Part shown: piece after piece, positions 1 through 9,024 of the stretch
Numbering within the stretch: the first letter of the stretch is position 1
Layout of the letters: each line of letters starts with the position of its first letter
DNA from: an uncultured Haloferula sp.
GTDB taxonomy: Bacteria; Verrucomicrobiota; Verrucomicrobiia; Verrucomicrobiales; Akkermansiaceae
Reading direction: 5' to 3'
NCBI GenBank assembly: GCA_965652295.1
Contig: CBFGTS010000008.1
Coordinates: 96,001 to 160,000 of the forward strand
DNA: 64,000 nucleotides
The notes under the pieces: generated by a model
Databases searched by the model: none
Seen by the model: the letters and a program-made list of their open reading frames with translations, nothing else
Told to the model about the DNA's origin: nothing
Translations under genes and position numbers: made by a program

Positions 1-1650
1 CGGATCGAAGCCATGTTCGATTTCCAGACTGTCGGCGAGGTCATCGCTGTCGGAGTCGGTGCCGGTGTCGACGATCTGGAGTCCGTGAAGCGAGACCTGA
101 TCATTGTCGAGCTGGCTGAGCTGGACGGAGTGGCTGGCGCCGGTGAGGCCGCGGTAGCGGACGACGTTGGTCTGGGCGATGTCGGCCTCGGTGGTGGCGG
201 TGGTTTCGATCCAGCCGGGAAAGGGGGGGGCGGTGTGGGAAACGAAGAAGCGGTCGGTGGCGGGGTCGTCGTCGAGCCGGACACGGCCGCGGTGGTTCGG
301 GTGGTTGTCGCCGACGTAGAGGATGAGGTCGTAAGTGGCGTAGGGGATGCCGTCGATTTCGAGGAGGACGGGAATGTTCGTCGAGCCGGCGCGGGCGGCG
401 GCGAGGCAGCCATTGGCCAGACGTTCGTCCGAGCCACCCTTGTGATAACCGGCGGTGGCGTTGCGGTGGGTCCAGGCGAGGGTGACCGGGCTGGCTTGGC
501 CGAGCGCATCGACGAGTCCGCCAGCCGAGCCGCTGGTCGGCGTGCTGCCCACGCCCCAGACCGGGAGCCAGTCGCTTGCATTCCAGTGGGGCAGACGGAC
601 GACCCCGGCCGGTTCGAAGGCACTCAGGGGGAGGTTTTCCGGCCGGCTGGAGATGAAGTGGAATCCGACCGCGCCGGCGAAGGGGAAGGGGTGGGAGGCG
701 GAAGAGTCGGGGTCGGTGCCGTGCTTGATCTCGAAGTTGTCGGAAAAACCATCGGCGTCGGTATCCGCGAGGGTGGGCGAGGAGGACGTTTCGTCGCCAT
801 CGACGAGGCCGTCGCCATCGGTGTCGGCCACGAGCGGGTTGGTCGTGGTTTCGTCGCCATCGGCAAGGCCGTCGTTGTCGGTATCGGGATGGGACGGATA
901 GGTTCCGGCCGCGAATTCAGCCAACGCGTCGAGGCCGTCACCATCGGTGTCGATCGCAGCATCCGCCGGGTCTTCATCGTCGAGGCCCCACTCGGTCTCG
1001 AACCAGAGTGGGAGGCCATCTTCGTCGGCATCGCGCAGGGCGAAGGGTTCGGCCTCGAGTTGGAGATAGTCGAAAACGAGATAGCCTCCCGCGGCTCCGC
1101 CGGTGCGTTCGATTTCGATCACGTTGTTCGTGGTCGCGGCGGAAACCGAGGACGCGGGCACCGCGATGGTGAAGGTCGTGGCGAAATGGATATCGGCGCG
1201 GGTGAGGATCGGATGACCGTTGAAGCGGACGACGATGTCGTGCGTCTGGAATCCAGGCAGCGAGGAGGGCGAGACCCAGGCTCCGCCGGAGTGGAAATCG
1301 AGGGTGAGGGTCAGGCGTGATTCGGCGGTGCAGGCGGTTTCCGGAAGGGGGAAATGGAGCCGGACGCGTGGGTCGCCCTGAGTGATGGCGCGTTCGAATT
1401 GGTTGGCCGGTTCATCGCCGGCCACGGGGCCGATGGGCGCGGGATAGGTGCCGGCGAAGTAATAGTCATCGTCCTTCGCCGACGGAGAGCCCGGGGCAGT
1501 GTTCGGATTCCAGCTTTCCGTTTCGAAGGGCAGGGCTTCGGCATCGTCCTGGCCGAGTTGCCAGACGGTTTCGAGGTCGACCGCAAACAGCGCGCTGGGG
1601 GCGGCGACGGCGAAAGCGGCTCCGAGAAGGATGGTCAGAGCCCGGGACAT
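1..1650 (-). CDS. Secreted protein with thrombospondin type-3-like Ca-binding repeats (3' end runs off the window)
   Basis: Manually translated from ATG at 1650 (not in the ORF track): signal peptide MSRALTILLGAAFAVAAPSALFA, a beta-rich domain, then DTDGDGL/DTDNDGL/DTDADGF/DSDSDDL repeats; no stop seen before the window edge. Confidence 0.8.
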   Translation of the reverse strand, partial: MSRALTILLGAAFAVAAPSALFAVDLETVWQLGQDDAEALPFETESWNPNTAPGSPSAKDDDYYFAGTYPAPIGPVAGDEPANQFERAITQGDPRVRLHFPLPETACTAESRLTLTLDFHSGGAWVSPSSLPGFQTHDIVVRFNGHPILTRADIHFATTFTIAVPASSVSAATTNNVIEIERTGGAAGGYLVFDYLQLEAEPFALRDADEDGLPLWFETEWGLDDEDPADAAIDTDGDGLDALAEFAAGTYPSHPDTDNDGLADGDETTTNPLVADTDGDGLVDGDETSSSPTLADTDADGFSDNFEIKHGTDPDSSASHPFPFAGAVGFHFISSRPENLPLSAFEPAGVVRLPHWNASDWLPVWGVGSTPTSGSAGGLVDALGQASPVTLAWTHRNATAGYHKGGSDERLANGCLAAARAGSTNIPVLLEIDGIPYATYDLILYVGDNHPNHRGRVRLDDDPATDRFFVSHTAPPFPGWIETTATTEADIAQTNVVRYRGLTGASHSVQLSQLDNDQVSLHGLQIVDTGTDSDSDDLADSLEIEHGFDP

Positions 1651-1689
1651 GTCGCGGGGAAACTGGCAAAAGCTGACCTTCAGGGCAAC

Positions 1690-2328
1690 TTATCGTTTCC
1701 TGCGGGATCGCGTGAGGCTGGCGAGCGAAAGCAGGCCGAGGAGGTGTGGCTCGGGCACGGCGCGGATGTTATCGACGAGCAGCTGCGCGGAAATGGGATC
1801 GGCGCGAAACTGGTCGGCGGAGGTGCTGTGGAGGATGCGTACCTGGGTGACGGATGCCAGGGTGGCATCGACGTCGGTGCCACCGCCGGAATTCAGGGCA
1901 TCCCGGGTGAGGGCGAACTCATAGGCGTTCCACGGAGCGAAACGGTTCACTGCCTGGCCGGGTGTGACGAACCAACCGCCGGGACCATTGAGGGCGATGT
2001 GGATGTTGAGATTCGTCGAGCCGGCGTTGCGGAGATCGAGGGCAAGGCCGGTGACGCCGGCGGAGGTGAAATCGCCGGTGAAGTCGGACGTGGTGTAGGC
2101 GACGAGCCGCGAACCGGGACCGACGCCTCCGCTGGATGAAATCCGCAGCGCGGTATCGCCCGGACCGAGCGGTCCGCCGTCGGGGAGAAGGACCGGTGGG
2201 TTCGGGTCGGGGTTTCCCGACTGCCAGGTGTGCGGCTGATCGAAAGTCTGGACGTCGAACAGGCTCGCAGCGGTGAGCGGTGCGAGCGTGACGAGGAGGG
2301 CCGCGGCCACGGATTTCATCCGGGCCAT
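1690..2328 (-). CDS. PEP-CTERM sorting domain protein
   Basis: Signal peptide MKSVAAALLVTLAPLTAA; C-terminal VPEP-hydrophobic-RSRRKR; start at 2328 or 2319. Confidence 0.85.
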   Translation of the reverse strand: MARMKSVAAALLVTLAPLTAASLFDVQTFDQPHTWQSGNPDPNPPVLLPDGGPLGPGDTALRISSSGGVGPGSRLVAYTTSDFTGDFTSAGVTGLALDLRNAGSTNLNIHIALNGPGGWFVTPGQAVNRFAPWNAYEFALTRDALNSGGGTDVDATLASVTQVRILHSTSADQFRADPISAQLLVDNIRAVPEPHLLGLLSLASLTRSRRKR

Positions 2329-2381
2329 GCCATGACAGCCGTGGCCCGGATGCAAGCGGCATCGCCCGACCTCCTTGCGCT

Positions 2382-2460
2382 GATAGGGTGTGGCGACCCG
2401 CCGCGCCGACTCTTTCGCCTTCGGCGATGAAGTGGACCGCGCGGGCCGCACGGCCCTACC
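2382..2460. repeat. Inverted pair of GTAG-type REP-like palindromes
   Basis: GATAGGGTGTGGCGACCCGCCGCGCCGAC on + and GGTAGGGCCGTGCGGCCCGCGCGGTCC on -; similar to the copies at 21599-21728. Confidence 0.65.
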
Positions 2461-2495
2461 TTGATATCAGGCGGCGAGGAGGAAGCCGCCGGTGG

Positions 2496-4301
2496 TCAGG
2501 CTCCGGCGGGTGCGATGGAGGAGGTGCCGGGCTTTTTGACGGTCTGGATGCGGAGGTCGCGGAGTTGCTTGAGATCGACCTCGGCCGGGCTCTGCGACAT
2601 GAGGTCGTTGCCCTTGTTGTTTTTTGGGAAGGCGATCACCTCACGGATGCTGTCCTCGTCACAGATGAGCATGACGAGGCGGTCGAGACCGAGGGCGAGG
2701 CCACCGTGGGGCGGGGCACCGAAGCGGAATGCGTCCAGAATGTGGCCGAACTCTTCAGCCGCCTGCTCTTCGGAAATGCCGAGGGCCTTGAACATGGCCG
2801 ACTGGAGTTTGCCCTCGTGGATCCGGATCGAGCCGCCGCCGAGTTCGTGGCCGTTGAGGACCACGTCGTAGGCCTGCGCGCGGAGTTCGGTGGTGAGCTC
2901 ACCGGCGAGGAGCTTGGCTTCGTCTTCCTTGACCGGGCGGGTGAAGGGGTGGTGGACGGCGACGTGGCGGCCGGTTTCCTCGTCCCAAGCCAGGAGCGGG
3001 AATTCGGTGACCCAGAGGAAGTTCAGCTCGTCGTTGCCTTCGAGGAGGTTCTGCATTTCCGCGACGGCGAGACGGACGCGGCCGAGGACGTCGCAGGCGG
3101 GTTCCCAAGCGTCGGCGGCGAAGAGAACGAGGTCGCCCGGTTCAATGTTGAGCTTGGTGCGCAGGGCCTCGACCTCGGCATCGGTCATGCGCTTGACGAA
3201 GGGCGAGCGCCAGGTGTCGCGCTCGGTGCCGCGTGCCTGGATGTAGGCGAGGCCTTTCGCGCCGGCGGCCTGGGCGAGCTTGGTGAGCTTGTCGATCTGG
3301 CCGGTGGAGATGTCGGCGAAACCCTTGGCGTTGATGGCTTTCACCACACCCCCGGCAGCGATGGCTCCGGAGAAGACGCGGAATTCGCAGTCCTTGAGGT
3401 CCTCGGAGAGATCGACGAACTCCATCCCGAAACGGCGATCGGGTTTGTCGGAACCCCAGGTGTCCATGGCGGTCTTCCAGGTGATGCGATCGAAGGAGGC
3501 GGGGATTTCGGCGCCACGGGCTTCCTTGAAGATGCGGCCGAGCAGGCCTTCGACGAGACCGATGATGTCGTCCTGATCGACGAAGGAGGCTTCGAGGTCG
3601 ATCTGGGTGAATTCCGGTTGGCGGTCGGCCCGGAGGTCCTCGTCGCGGAAGCATTTGGCGATCTGGAAATACTTCTCGATGCCGCCGACCATGAGCAGCT
3701 GCTTGTATTGCTGCGGAGCCTGCGGGAGGGCGTAGAAGTGGCCGGGCTGGAGGCGCGAGGGCACGAGGAAGTCGCGCGCGCCTTCCGGGGTGGACTTCGA
3801 AAGGATGGGCGTCTCGATTTCGCAGAAGCCCTGTTCGTCGAGAAAGTCGCGGGTGGACTTGGTGACGCGGTGGCGGGTGCGGAGGTTGTGGGTCATCCGC
3901 GGACGGCGGATGTCGAGATAGCGGTATTTCATCCGCAGGTCCTCGTTGGAGAGTTCCTTGTCGAGCTGGAACGGGAGGACATCGGCCTTGTTGACGATCT
4001 CCAGCTCGGTGGCGACGATCTCGATCTCGCCGGTGGCGATCTTCGGGTTGGTGGTGCCTTCGAGGCGTGCGGAGACCTTGCCGGTCACGCGGACGACGTC
4101 TTCCTCGCGGAGCTGGTGGGAGAGCTTGGCGGCCTCGGCGTTTTCCTCCGGGCGGAACACGCACTGGGTGAAGCCTTCGCGGTCGCGGAGGTCGGTGAAG
4201 ATCACGCCGCCGTGGTCACGGGCGGAGTTGACCCAGCCGATGAGGGTCACGGTTTCGCCGATGTGTGAGGAGCGGAGTTCGTTGCAGTGGTGCGTGCGCA
4301 T
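2496..4301 (-). CDS. aspS: Aspartate--tRNA ligase (probably non-discriminating Asp/Asn)
   Basis: MRTHHC start, [53 protein letters not shown] motifs. Confidence 0.97.
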   Translation of the reverse strand: MRTHHCNELRSSHIGETVTLIGWVNSARDHGGVIFTDLRDREGFTQCVFRPEENAEAAKLSHQLREEDVVRVTGKVSARLEGTTNPKIATGEIEIVATELEIVNKADVLPFQLDKELSNEDLRMKYRYLDIRRPRMTHNLRTRHRVTKSTRDFLDEQGFCEIETPILSKSTPEGARDFLVPSRLQPGHFYALPQAPQQYKQLLMVGGIEKYFQIAKCFRDEDLRADRQPEFTQIDLEASFVDQDDIIGLVEGLLGRIFKEARGAEIPASFDRITWKTAMDTWGSDKPDRRFGMEFVDLSEDLKDCEFRVFSGAIAAGGVVKAINAKGFADISTGQIDKLTKLAQAAGAKGLAYIQARGTERDTWRSPFVKRMTDAEVEALRTKLNIEPGDLVLFAADAWEPACDVLGRVRLAVAEMQNLLEGNDELNFLWVTEFPLLAWDEETGRHVAVHHPFTRPVKEDEAKLLAGELTTELRAQAYDVVLNGHELGGGSIRIHEGKLQSAMFKALGISEEQAAEEFGHILDAFRFGAPPHGGLALGLDRLVMLICDEDSIREVIAFPKNNKGNDLMSQSPAEVDLKQLRDLRIQTVKKPGTSSIAPAGA

Positions 4302-4318
4302 GGCCGTTGAAGAATGGG

Positions 4319-4337
4319 GGACCAGGATGGATAGGAT
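4319..4337 (+). repeat. Left arm of 19-bp inverted repeat flanking the GxxExxY gene
   Basis: GGACCAGGATGGATAGGAT, extended by a further degenerate 9-mer unit to about 4348. Confidence 0.9.
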
Positions 4338-4349
4338 GGATGGGATGAT

Positions 4350-4733
4350 TTACTTTTCGCGGAGCGGATAGATGCGGCGAACTTCGACCTTTGGATTGCC
4401 GAAGTTGATGATGAGGCCGAGTGGTAAGCCCGTTGCTTTAAGATAACTGAGCATCTGGGCCAATTCGCGATCCGTGAGTTGTTTGACGGTCTTGGTATCG
4501 ACGATGATTTGGTCGAAAACGATGAGGTCGGGAATGAGGTCGTCGATGACGGTGTCCTTGTAAATGAGGGGGAAGGCTTTCTGCTGGTCGTAGGCGATGG
4601 ATCGAAGTTGAAATTCGCGGACCATTGCCCGCTCGTAGGCTTTCTCCCGGAATCCGAATCCGACCTCGTTCATCACCTCGTAGGCGATTCCGATGACGGT
4701 GCCGGTTTCGTGATTCAAGGAAATCCTATCCAT
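4350..4733 (-). CDS. GxxExxY protein (PD-(D/E)XK nuclease fold)
   Basis: GFREKAY motif, IPDLIV...IVDTK catalytic-type motif, QMLSYLKATGLPLGLIINFG; visibly lower GC than neighbours. Confidence 0.92.
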   Translation of the reverse strand: MDRISLNHETGTVIGIAYEVMNEVGFGFREKAYERAMVREFQLRSIAYDQQKAFPLIYKDTVIDDLIPDLIVFDQIIVDTKTVKQLTDRELAQMLSYLKATGLPLGLIINFGNPKVEVRRIYPLREK

Positions 4734-4741
4734 CCTGGTCC
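4723..4741 (-). repeat. Right arm of 19-bp inverted repeat, containing the GxxExxY start codon
   Basis: ATCCTATCCATCCTGGTCC is the exact reverse complement of 4319-4337. Confidence 0.9.
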
Positions 4742-4754
4742 AAAAGCTTCGGGG

Positions 4755-6050
4755 TTATGCCAGTAAGGGGCCGTCGGGTTGTTGGAGGCGGTCGGTGAGC
4801 CAGTCGGGGAGGCCGAGGACGTGGCACTTTTCCTCGGTCCTTGAGGAGAGCACCTTGAGGGTCAGCTCGGGAAGCTCGCTGCCGATGACGAGGGCGAAAC
4901 GGGCACCGGCTTTCTCGGCGTTCTGGAACTGCTTGCCGACCTTGACTCCGCCGAACGGGAGGTCGCAGGAAATGCCGGCGTTGCGGAGGTCGGACAGGAC
5001 GCCGAGGGCTTCGGAACGCTTCGACTCGTCGGCGAGGACGAGGTAAACCTCACACGCGGCACCTTGGCGCAGGAGGTGGGTTTCGAGCTGCATCCGCGGA
5101 TCGGTGGTTTCCTCGATGAGGTTGCGGATGACGTAGTCGCCCATGGCGAAGCCGGTGGCGGGCATGTCGACGCCGCCTTCGGAAATGGTGGCGACGAGGG
5201 TGTCGTAGCGGCCGCCGCCGGCGACGGCGCGCATGGATTTCTTCGAATCGAAGACCTCGAAAACGACGCCGGTGTAGTAGGCGAGGCCGCGGACGATGGA
5301 GAGATCGAGCTGGATGAAATCGCCGAGGCCGCGGGCTTCGAGCTCGGCGCGGATGGTGTCGTAGGCGGCGGAGGCGTTCTCGGGGTTGGCGATGAACGCG
5401 GTGACGGCTTCGGTTTCGATGCCGAAGGCGGCGAGCTTCTCTGCGGTGACCTCGGGCTTCTCGCGTTCGAGCTTGTCGATGATCTGGAGGAACTCGGGAA
5501 TCCGGTCGTCGCTGACATTCCGCGCCGCGGCGAAATCGAGCCACGCCTGGCGGTCGGAAACGCGGACGACGAACTCGCCGGCGACGAAACCGAAGGCGCG
5601 CATGGTGTCGATGGCCAAGGCGATCAGTTCGGCATCGGCCGCGGGGCCGGGCTCGCCGAGGATGTCGACGTTGAATTGGTAGAATTCGCGTCCGCGGCCT
5701 TTCTGCGGCTTCTCATAGCGGAAGCACTGGCCGATCTCGAACCACTTGAGCGGCTTCGGGAAATCGCGCTGGTGCTGGGCGGCGAGGCGGGCGAGCGAGG
5801 CGGTGATCTCGGGGCGCAGGCAGACGTCGCGTCCGCCCTGGTCCTCGAAACGGAAGAGCTGTGAGGAGAGTTCGCCGCCGGATTTCTTCAGGTAGAGCGC
5901 GGTGTCTTCGAGGACGGGGGTGTCGTACTCGACGAAGCCGTATTTGCGGGCGACCGAGCGCCAGGTTTCGAAGAGGTAATTGCGCACGGCGCACTCCCGC
6001 GGCGTGAAGTCGCGGAAGCCGGGAAGGGCTTGAAAACGAAGGGCTGCCAT
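4755..6050 (-). CDS. hisS: Histidine--tRNA ligase
   Basis: LPGFRDF, LRPEITAS, FRYEKPQKGRGREFYQ, RGLAYYTG, GGGRYD motifs; start moved to ATG 6050. Confidence 0.96.
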   Translation of the reverse strand: MAALRFQALPGFRDFTPRECAVRNYLFETWRSVARKYGFVEYDTPVLEDTALYLKKSGGELSSQLFRFEDQGGRDVCLRPEITASLARLAAQHQRDFPKPLKWFEIGQCFRYEKPQKGRGREFYQFNVDILGEPGPAADAELIALAIDTMRAFGFVAGEFVVRVSDRQAWLDFAAARNVSDDRIPEFLQIIDKLEREKPEVTAEKLAAFGIETEAVTAFIANPENASAAYDTIRAELEARGLGDFIQLDLSIVRGLAYYTGVVFEVFDSKKSMRAVAGGGRYDTLVATISEGGVDMPATGFAMGDYVIRNLIEETTDPRMQLETHLLRQGAACEVYLVLADESKRSEALGVLSDLRNAGISCDLPFGGVKVGKQFQNAEKAGARFALVIGSELPELTLKVLSSRTEEKCHVLGLPDWLTDRLQQPDGPLLA

Positions 6051-6315
6051 GATGTCGCCGTTGAAGGGGCGGGGAGGATGCACGGCGGGGGCGGCTTTTC
6101 AAGGCGGGATTGTGTGGGAGCCACGGGGCGGAATCCGGGGAGTTCGGGAGCGGGATGAATGGGATTTTCAGGAAGGAGAGGATGCCGAGGCTGCTCTTGC
6201 TTCGAGTGGGTCGGGAGCGTAGTCTGACCTGCCTGGATCAGGAGCAGAACCGCATCAACGAGCCGGTAGTGGAATACCGGACGGGGAGGGCACTGCGTCC
6301 GATCCGCTTGACGCC

Positions 6316-7010
6316 TTGCTCGAGCGATTACGAGACCGCTGTCGAGCTGACGGCGCGGATGTTGGGGATCAGCGGGATCGATGCATCGAGAAGGAAACCT
6401 TGCACCTCGTTGCTGAGGCTCGCAAAGCCGGGCTCCTGATTCTACAGCGAGTTTTAAAGCCTATTGGGCGGCTTCCGATTCCCTGCCTCTTTCGGGAACC
6501 GAGCATTCGGTCGAGCAGGATGGAGACGTGTTCATCAAAATCACCCGTCCCCCGGGGTTCGGGCTGGTGCCTTTTGTGAATCGCATCCCTGTGCTCGCAG
6601 CGGATCCGGCGGTGCCGACGACTTGGCGGAAAGCCTTGGAATTTCGCAGTGCGACTCCTTTGGAATACCTCACCCGCTGGCGGGCGTCGAACGAGGTCTT
6701 CGGTGATGATATAAGGCTTCGCTCGGTCGTGCAGTGGGCGGATGGTCAGGTTTCGGTGGTCATCTCGCAGCCGCAGTATCACGGTCGGCCAGCGGAGCTG
6801 CGGGAGATCGAGGAATATTTCCGGCGGGCTGGTTGGGAGCGGCTTCGCGAACCGACTGGGCATCTGGTTTTTCACGACTGGATCCGTGGGGTGATCGCCG
6901 TCGATGCGGCACCGCGCAATTGCTACATCAAGGCGGGCGGCTTGCAGCCCTTCGACGTCATCCTGTGCGAGCCGGACGACGACCTTTCTCGCCATCTTGG
7001 GATTGGCTAG
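6316..7010 (+). pseudogene. Polyvalent-protein-type kinase (Kinase-PolyVal-like), split by a frameshift near 6453-6459
   Basis: Frame of 6528..7010 carries GTEHSV...FIK, ATPLEYLTRW..NEVFGDDIRL, VISQP, DAAPRN, FDVIL; it is open from 6417 but has no ATG/GTG/TTG before 6528; the plausible N-terminus lies in the 6316 frame. Confidence 0.6.
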
Positions 7011-7039
7011 CGGGGAAATGCGGGCATGGTGCGGGCCGA

Positions 7040-8113
7040 ATGTTGCGATCGCTGCGAGCTGTGGATTTCCGCTGTTTTCCGTCCCTCGGAATCGAGGTGC
7101 CGGAGGGTGGGGTCGTGCTGACGGGGCGGAACGCGCAGGGGAAAACCTCGGTGCTGGAGGCGGTCTGCGTGTTGGTCAGGCTGCATTCGCCGCGGGCGGC
7201 GCGGATGCAGACGCTGGCGCGGATCGGCGGCGGGGGCGGGTTCGGGATCGCGGGCGAGGCGTGGGGGATGGAGCGGCGGATCGATTGGCGACCGCGGCAG
7301 CCGACGCGACACGTGGTGGATGGCGAGGAGCGGGATGGGCAGGGTCACTACGTCGAGGATGGCGGACTGTTGGTCTGGATGGGAAACGACGACCTCGAAT
7401 TGGTTCGGGGCGGGGGGGAATCGCGGCGGAGGTATCTGGATTTCATGGGCAGCCAGGTGGCACCGGACTACCGGCGGGCGCTGGCGAGGTATCGTCGGGC
7501 GCTGAAGGCGAAAAACCTGCTGCTGAAGGACGGCGAGCGCCGAAGGAAGGAAATCGAATCGTATGAGACGATCATGATTCCGGCGGCGGAAGTGCTGCGT
7601 CGGGTTCGCGCCGGGCTGGCGGGGAGGTTGGCCGGCGCGGTGGCGGAGCAGCAGCGTTTGATCGCCGGGAGCGATGAGGTGGCGGAGCTGGAGTTCATTC
7701 CCGGTGGCGGGATGGACCTGGCGACGGCGCTTGAGCAGGCGCGGGACAAGGAATTCCGTCAACGGCGCAGTCTGGTGGGCCCGCACCGGGACGAGGTGGC
7801 TTTGAAGGTGAATGGTCTGGCCGCGGCGGATTTCGCCAGCGAAGGGCAGCAGCGGACCCTGGCGCTGGCGCTGAAGCTGGCGCAGGGCGGGGTTTTGCGG
7901 GAACAGGCGGGCAAGGAGCCGGTGTGGCTGATCGATGATGTCTTCGGCGAGCTGGACGTGGTGCGTCGCAATGCCCTGATGAGAGCGCTGCCGGAGGGGG
8001 CGCAGAAGTGGATCACGACGACCTACCTCGATTGGCTGGAGGACGCGCCGGAGTTGGCCGGGCTGGCGAGGTTCGGCGTGGCGGGGGGAAAGGTCGAGCC
8101 GAGTCGGGTTTGA
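7040..8113 (+). CDS. recF: DNA replication/repair protein RecF
   Basis: GRNAQGKTSVLEA Walker A, RRRYLD, GPHRDE, SEGQQRT, LIDDVFGELD. Confidence 0.93.
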   Translation: MLRSLRAVDFRCFPSLGIEVPEGGVVLTGRNAQGKTSVLEAVCVLVRLHSPRAARMQTLARIGGGGGFGIAGEAWGMERRIDWRPRQPTRHVVDGEERDGQGHYVEDGGLLVWMGNDDLELVRGGGESRRRYLDFMGSQVAPDYRRALARYRRALKAKNLLLKDGERRRKEIESYETIMIPAAEVLRRVRAGLAGRLAGAVAEQQRLIAGSDEVAELEFIPGGGMDLATALEQARDKEFRQRRSLVGPHRDEVALKVNGLAAADFASEGQQRTLALALKLAQGGVLREQAGKEPVWLIDDVFGELDVVRRNALMRALPEGAQKWITTTYLDWLEDAPELAGLARFGVAGGKVEPSRV

Positions 8114-8122
8114 AAGAGCGGC

Positions 8123-8416
8123 TCAGGCGAGGCGGACCTTGTCGAGCCGGAGCGTCCGGCGTTCGCCGCGCAACGAGCAAAAGCCGTGGGCGTAGATGAA
8201 GCCGCCGGGCAGGTGTCGGTAGAGCTGGATGGGCTCGAATTTCCGGAGTGCTCCGCGTGAGCTGCCGCCCTGATAGTAGAGGGCGAGGCGACCGCCGCTT
8301 TTGATGGCACGGAGCATGGCGGTGACGACTGGATCGCTGCCCGAAGTGACGGGGAGGATGGGAGCGATGCGGTGGGCGAGGGTTTGGAGCGGAGCGGAGG
8401 AGGTGAGGAGTTTCAT
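8123..8416 (-). CDS. Stand-alone WYL-like domain protein
   Basis: AI..G.RL.L.Y.GGS..G..R.FEP...YAHGFCSLRGERRTLRLDKV pattern. Confidence 0.7.
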   Translation of the reverse strand: MKLLTSSAPLQTLAHRIAPILPVTSGSDPVVTAMLRAIKSGGRLALYYQGGSSRGALRKFEPIQLYRHLPGGFIYAHGFCSLRGERRTLRLDKVRLA

Positions 8417-8516
8417 CCCGGAAAGGATGTGGGAGGGGGTGGGACATCGGCAGGGCGAGGGTGGCAGGAAATGCGCCTTGTGAAATGCGTGGCGGTGACG
8501 CGAGGATCGTGGCGCG

Positions 8517-9005
8517 ATGGCGAACTGGTTTTACGGGGTGGAGGGGCAGTCGAACGGCCCGGTGGACGACAACGAACTGCGGGCGATGTTGGCTTCGGGG
8601 ATGATTCATCGGCGCACGCAGGTCTGGCGCGAGGGGATGGAAACGTGGAGGGCGCTGGAGGAGACGCCGGAGTGGAGCACGCAGATCGTTTCGGCCGCGG
8701 GCCAGCAGATGCACGCGCCGGGGGTGGTGCCGAACCATGGCTACGCGGTCGCCAGCCTGTGTTGCGGGATCGGTGCGCTGGTGCTGACGTTTTCCTGCGG
8801 GATCGGGTTTCTGGCGGCCGTTCCGGGCGCGATTTTCGGACATCTGGCGCTGCGCGAAATCCGCAACCACCCGCTGCCGATGGGTGGCCGGGGGATGGCC
8901 ATCGCGGGACTGGTCATGAGCTATCTGGCGATCGCCTTGGTGGTGGCAGCGGCGATCGTGTTCGCCGTGGTGGTGTCGAGGGATACCGCTGGATCGATGC
9001 CCTGA
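8517..9005 (+). CDS. GYF_2 domain plus DUF4190 membrane protein
   Basis: WFY...GPV...VWREGMETW; AVASLCCGI...GHLALREI...GRGMAIAGLVMSY. Confidence 0.85.
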   Translation: MANWFYGVEGQSNGPVDDNELRAMLASGMIHRRTQVWREGMETWRALEETPEWSTQIVSAAGQQMHAPGVVPNHGYAVASLCCGIGALVLTFSCGIGFLAAVPGAIFGHLALREIRNHPLPMGGRGMAIAGLVMSYLAIALVVAAAIVFAVVVSRDTAGSMP

Positions 9006-9024
9006 GAACGGTTAGCTCTGCGCC

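Noticed and set aside
13..2139. Long + strand ORFs 13..1320 and 1354..2139
   Set aside because: Antisense shadows of the minus-strand repeat protein and PEP-CTERM genes
2388..4268. 626-aa + ORF, and similar long antisense ORFs (18929..20710, 30929..32983, 36883..39066, 39546..40952, 54285..55985, 56797..58566)
   Set aside because: Codon-aligned mirror frames of well-supported genes; expected in high-GC DNA and without motifs
6110..6439. 109-aa ORF as the kinase N-terminus via a +1 shift at TCC TGA
   Set aside because: Poor re-pairing for a +1 shift and no recognisable motif; cannot be excluded as a small overlapping gene but is unsupported
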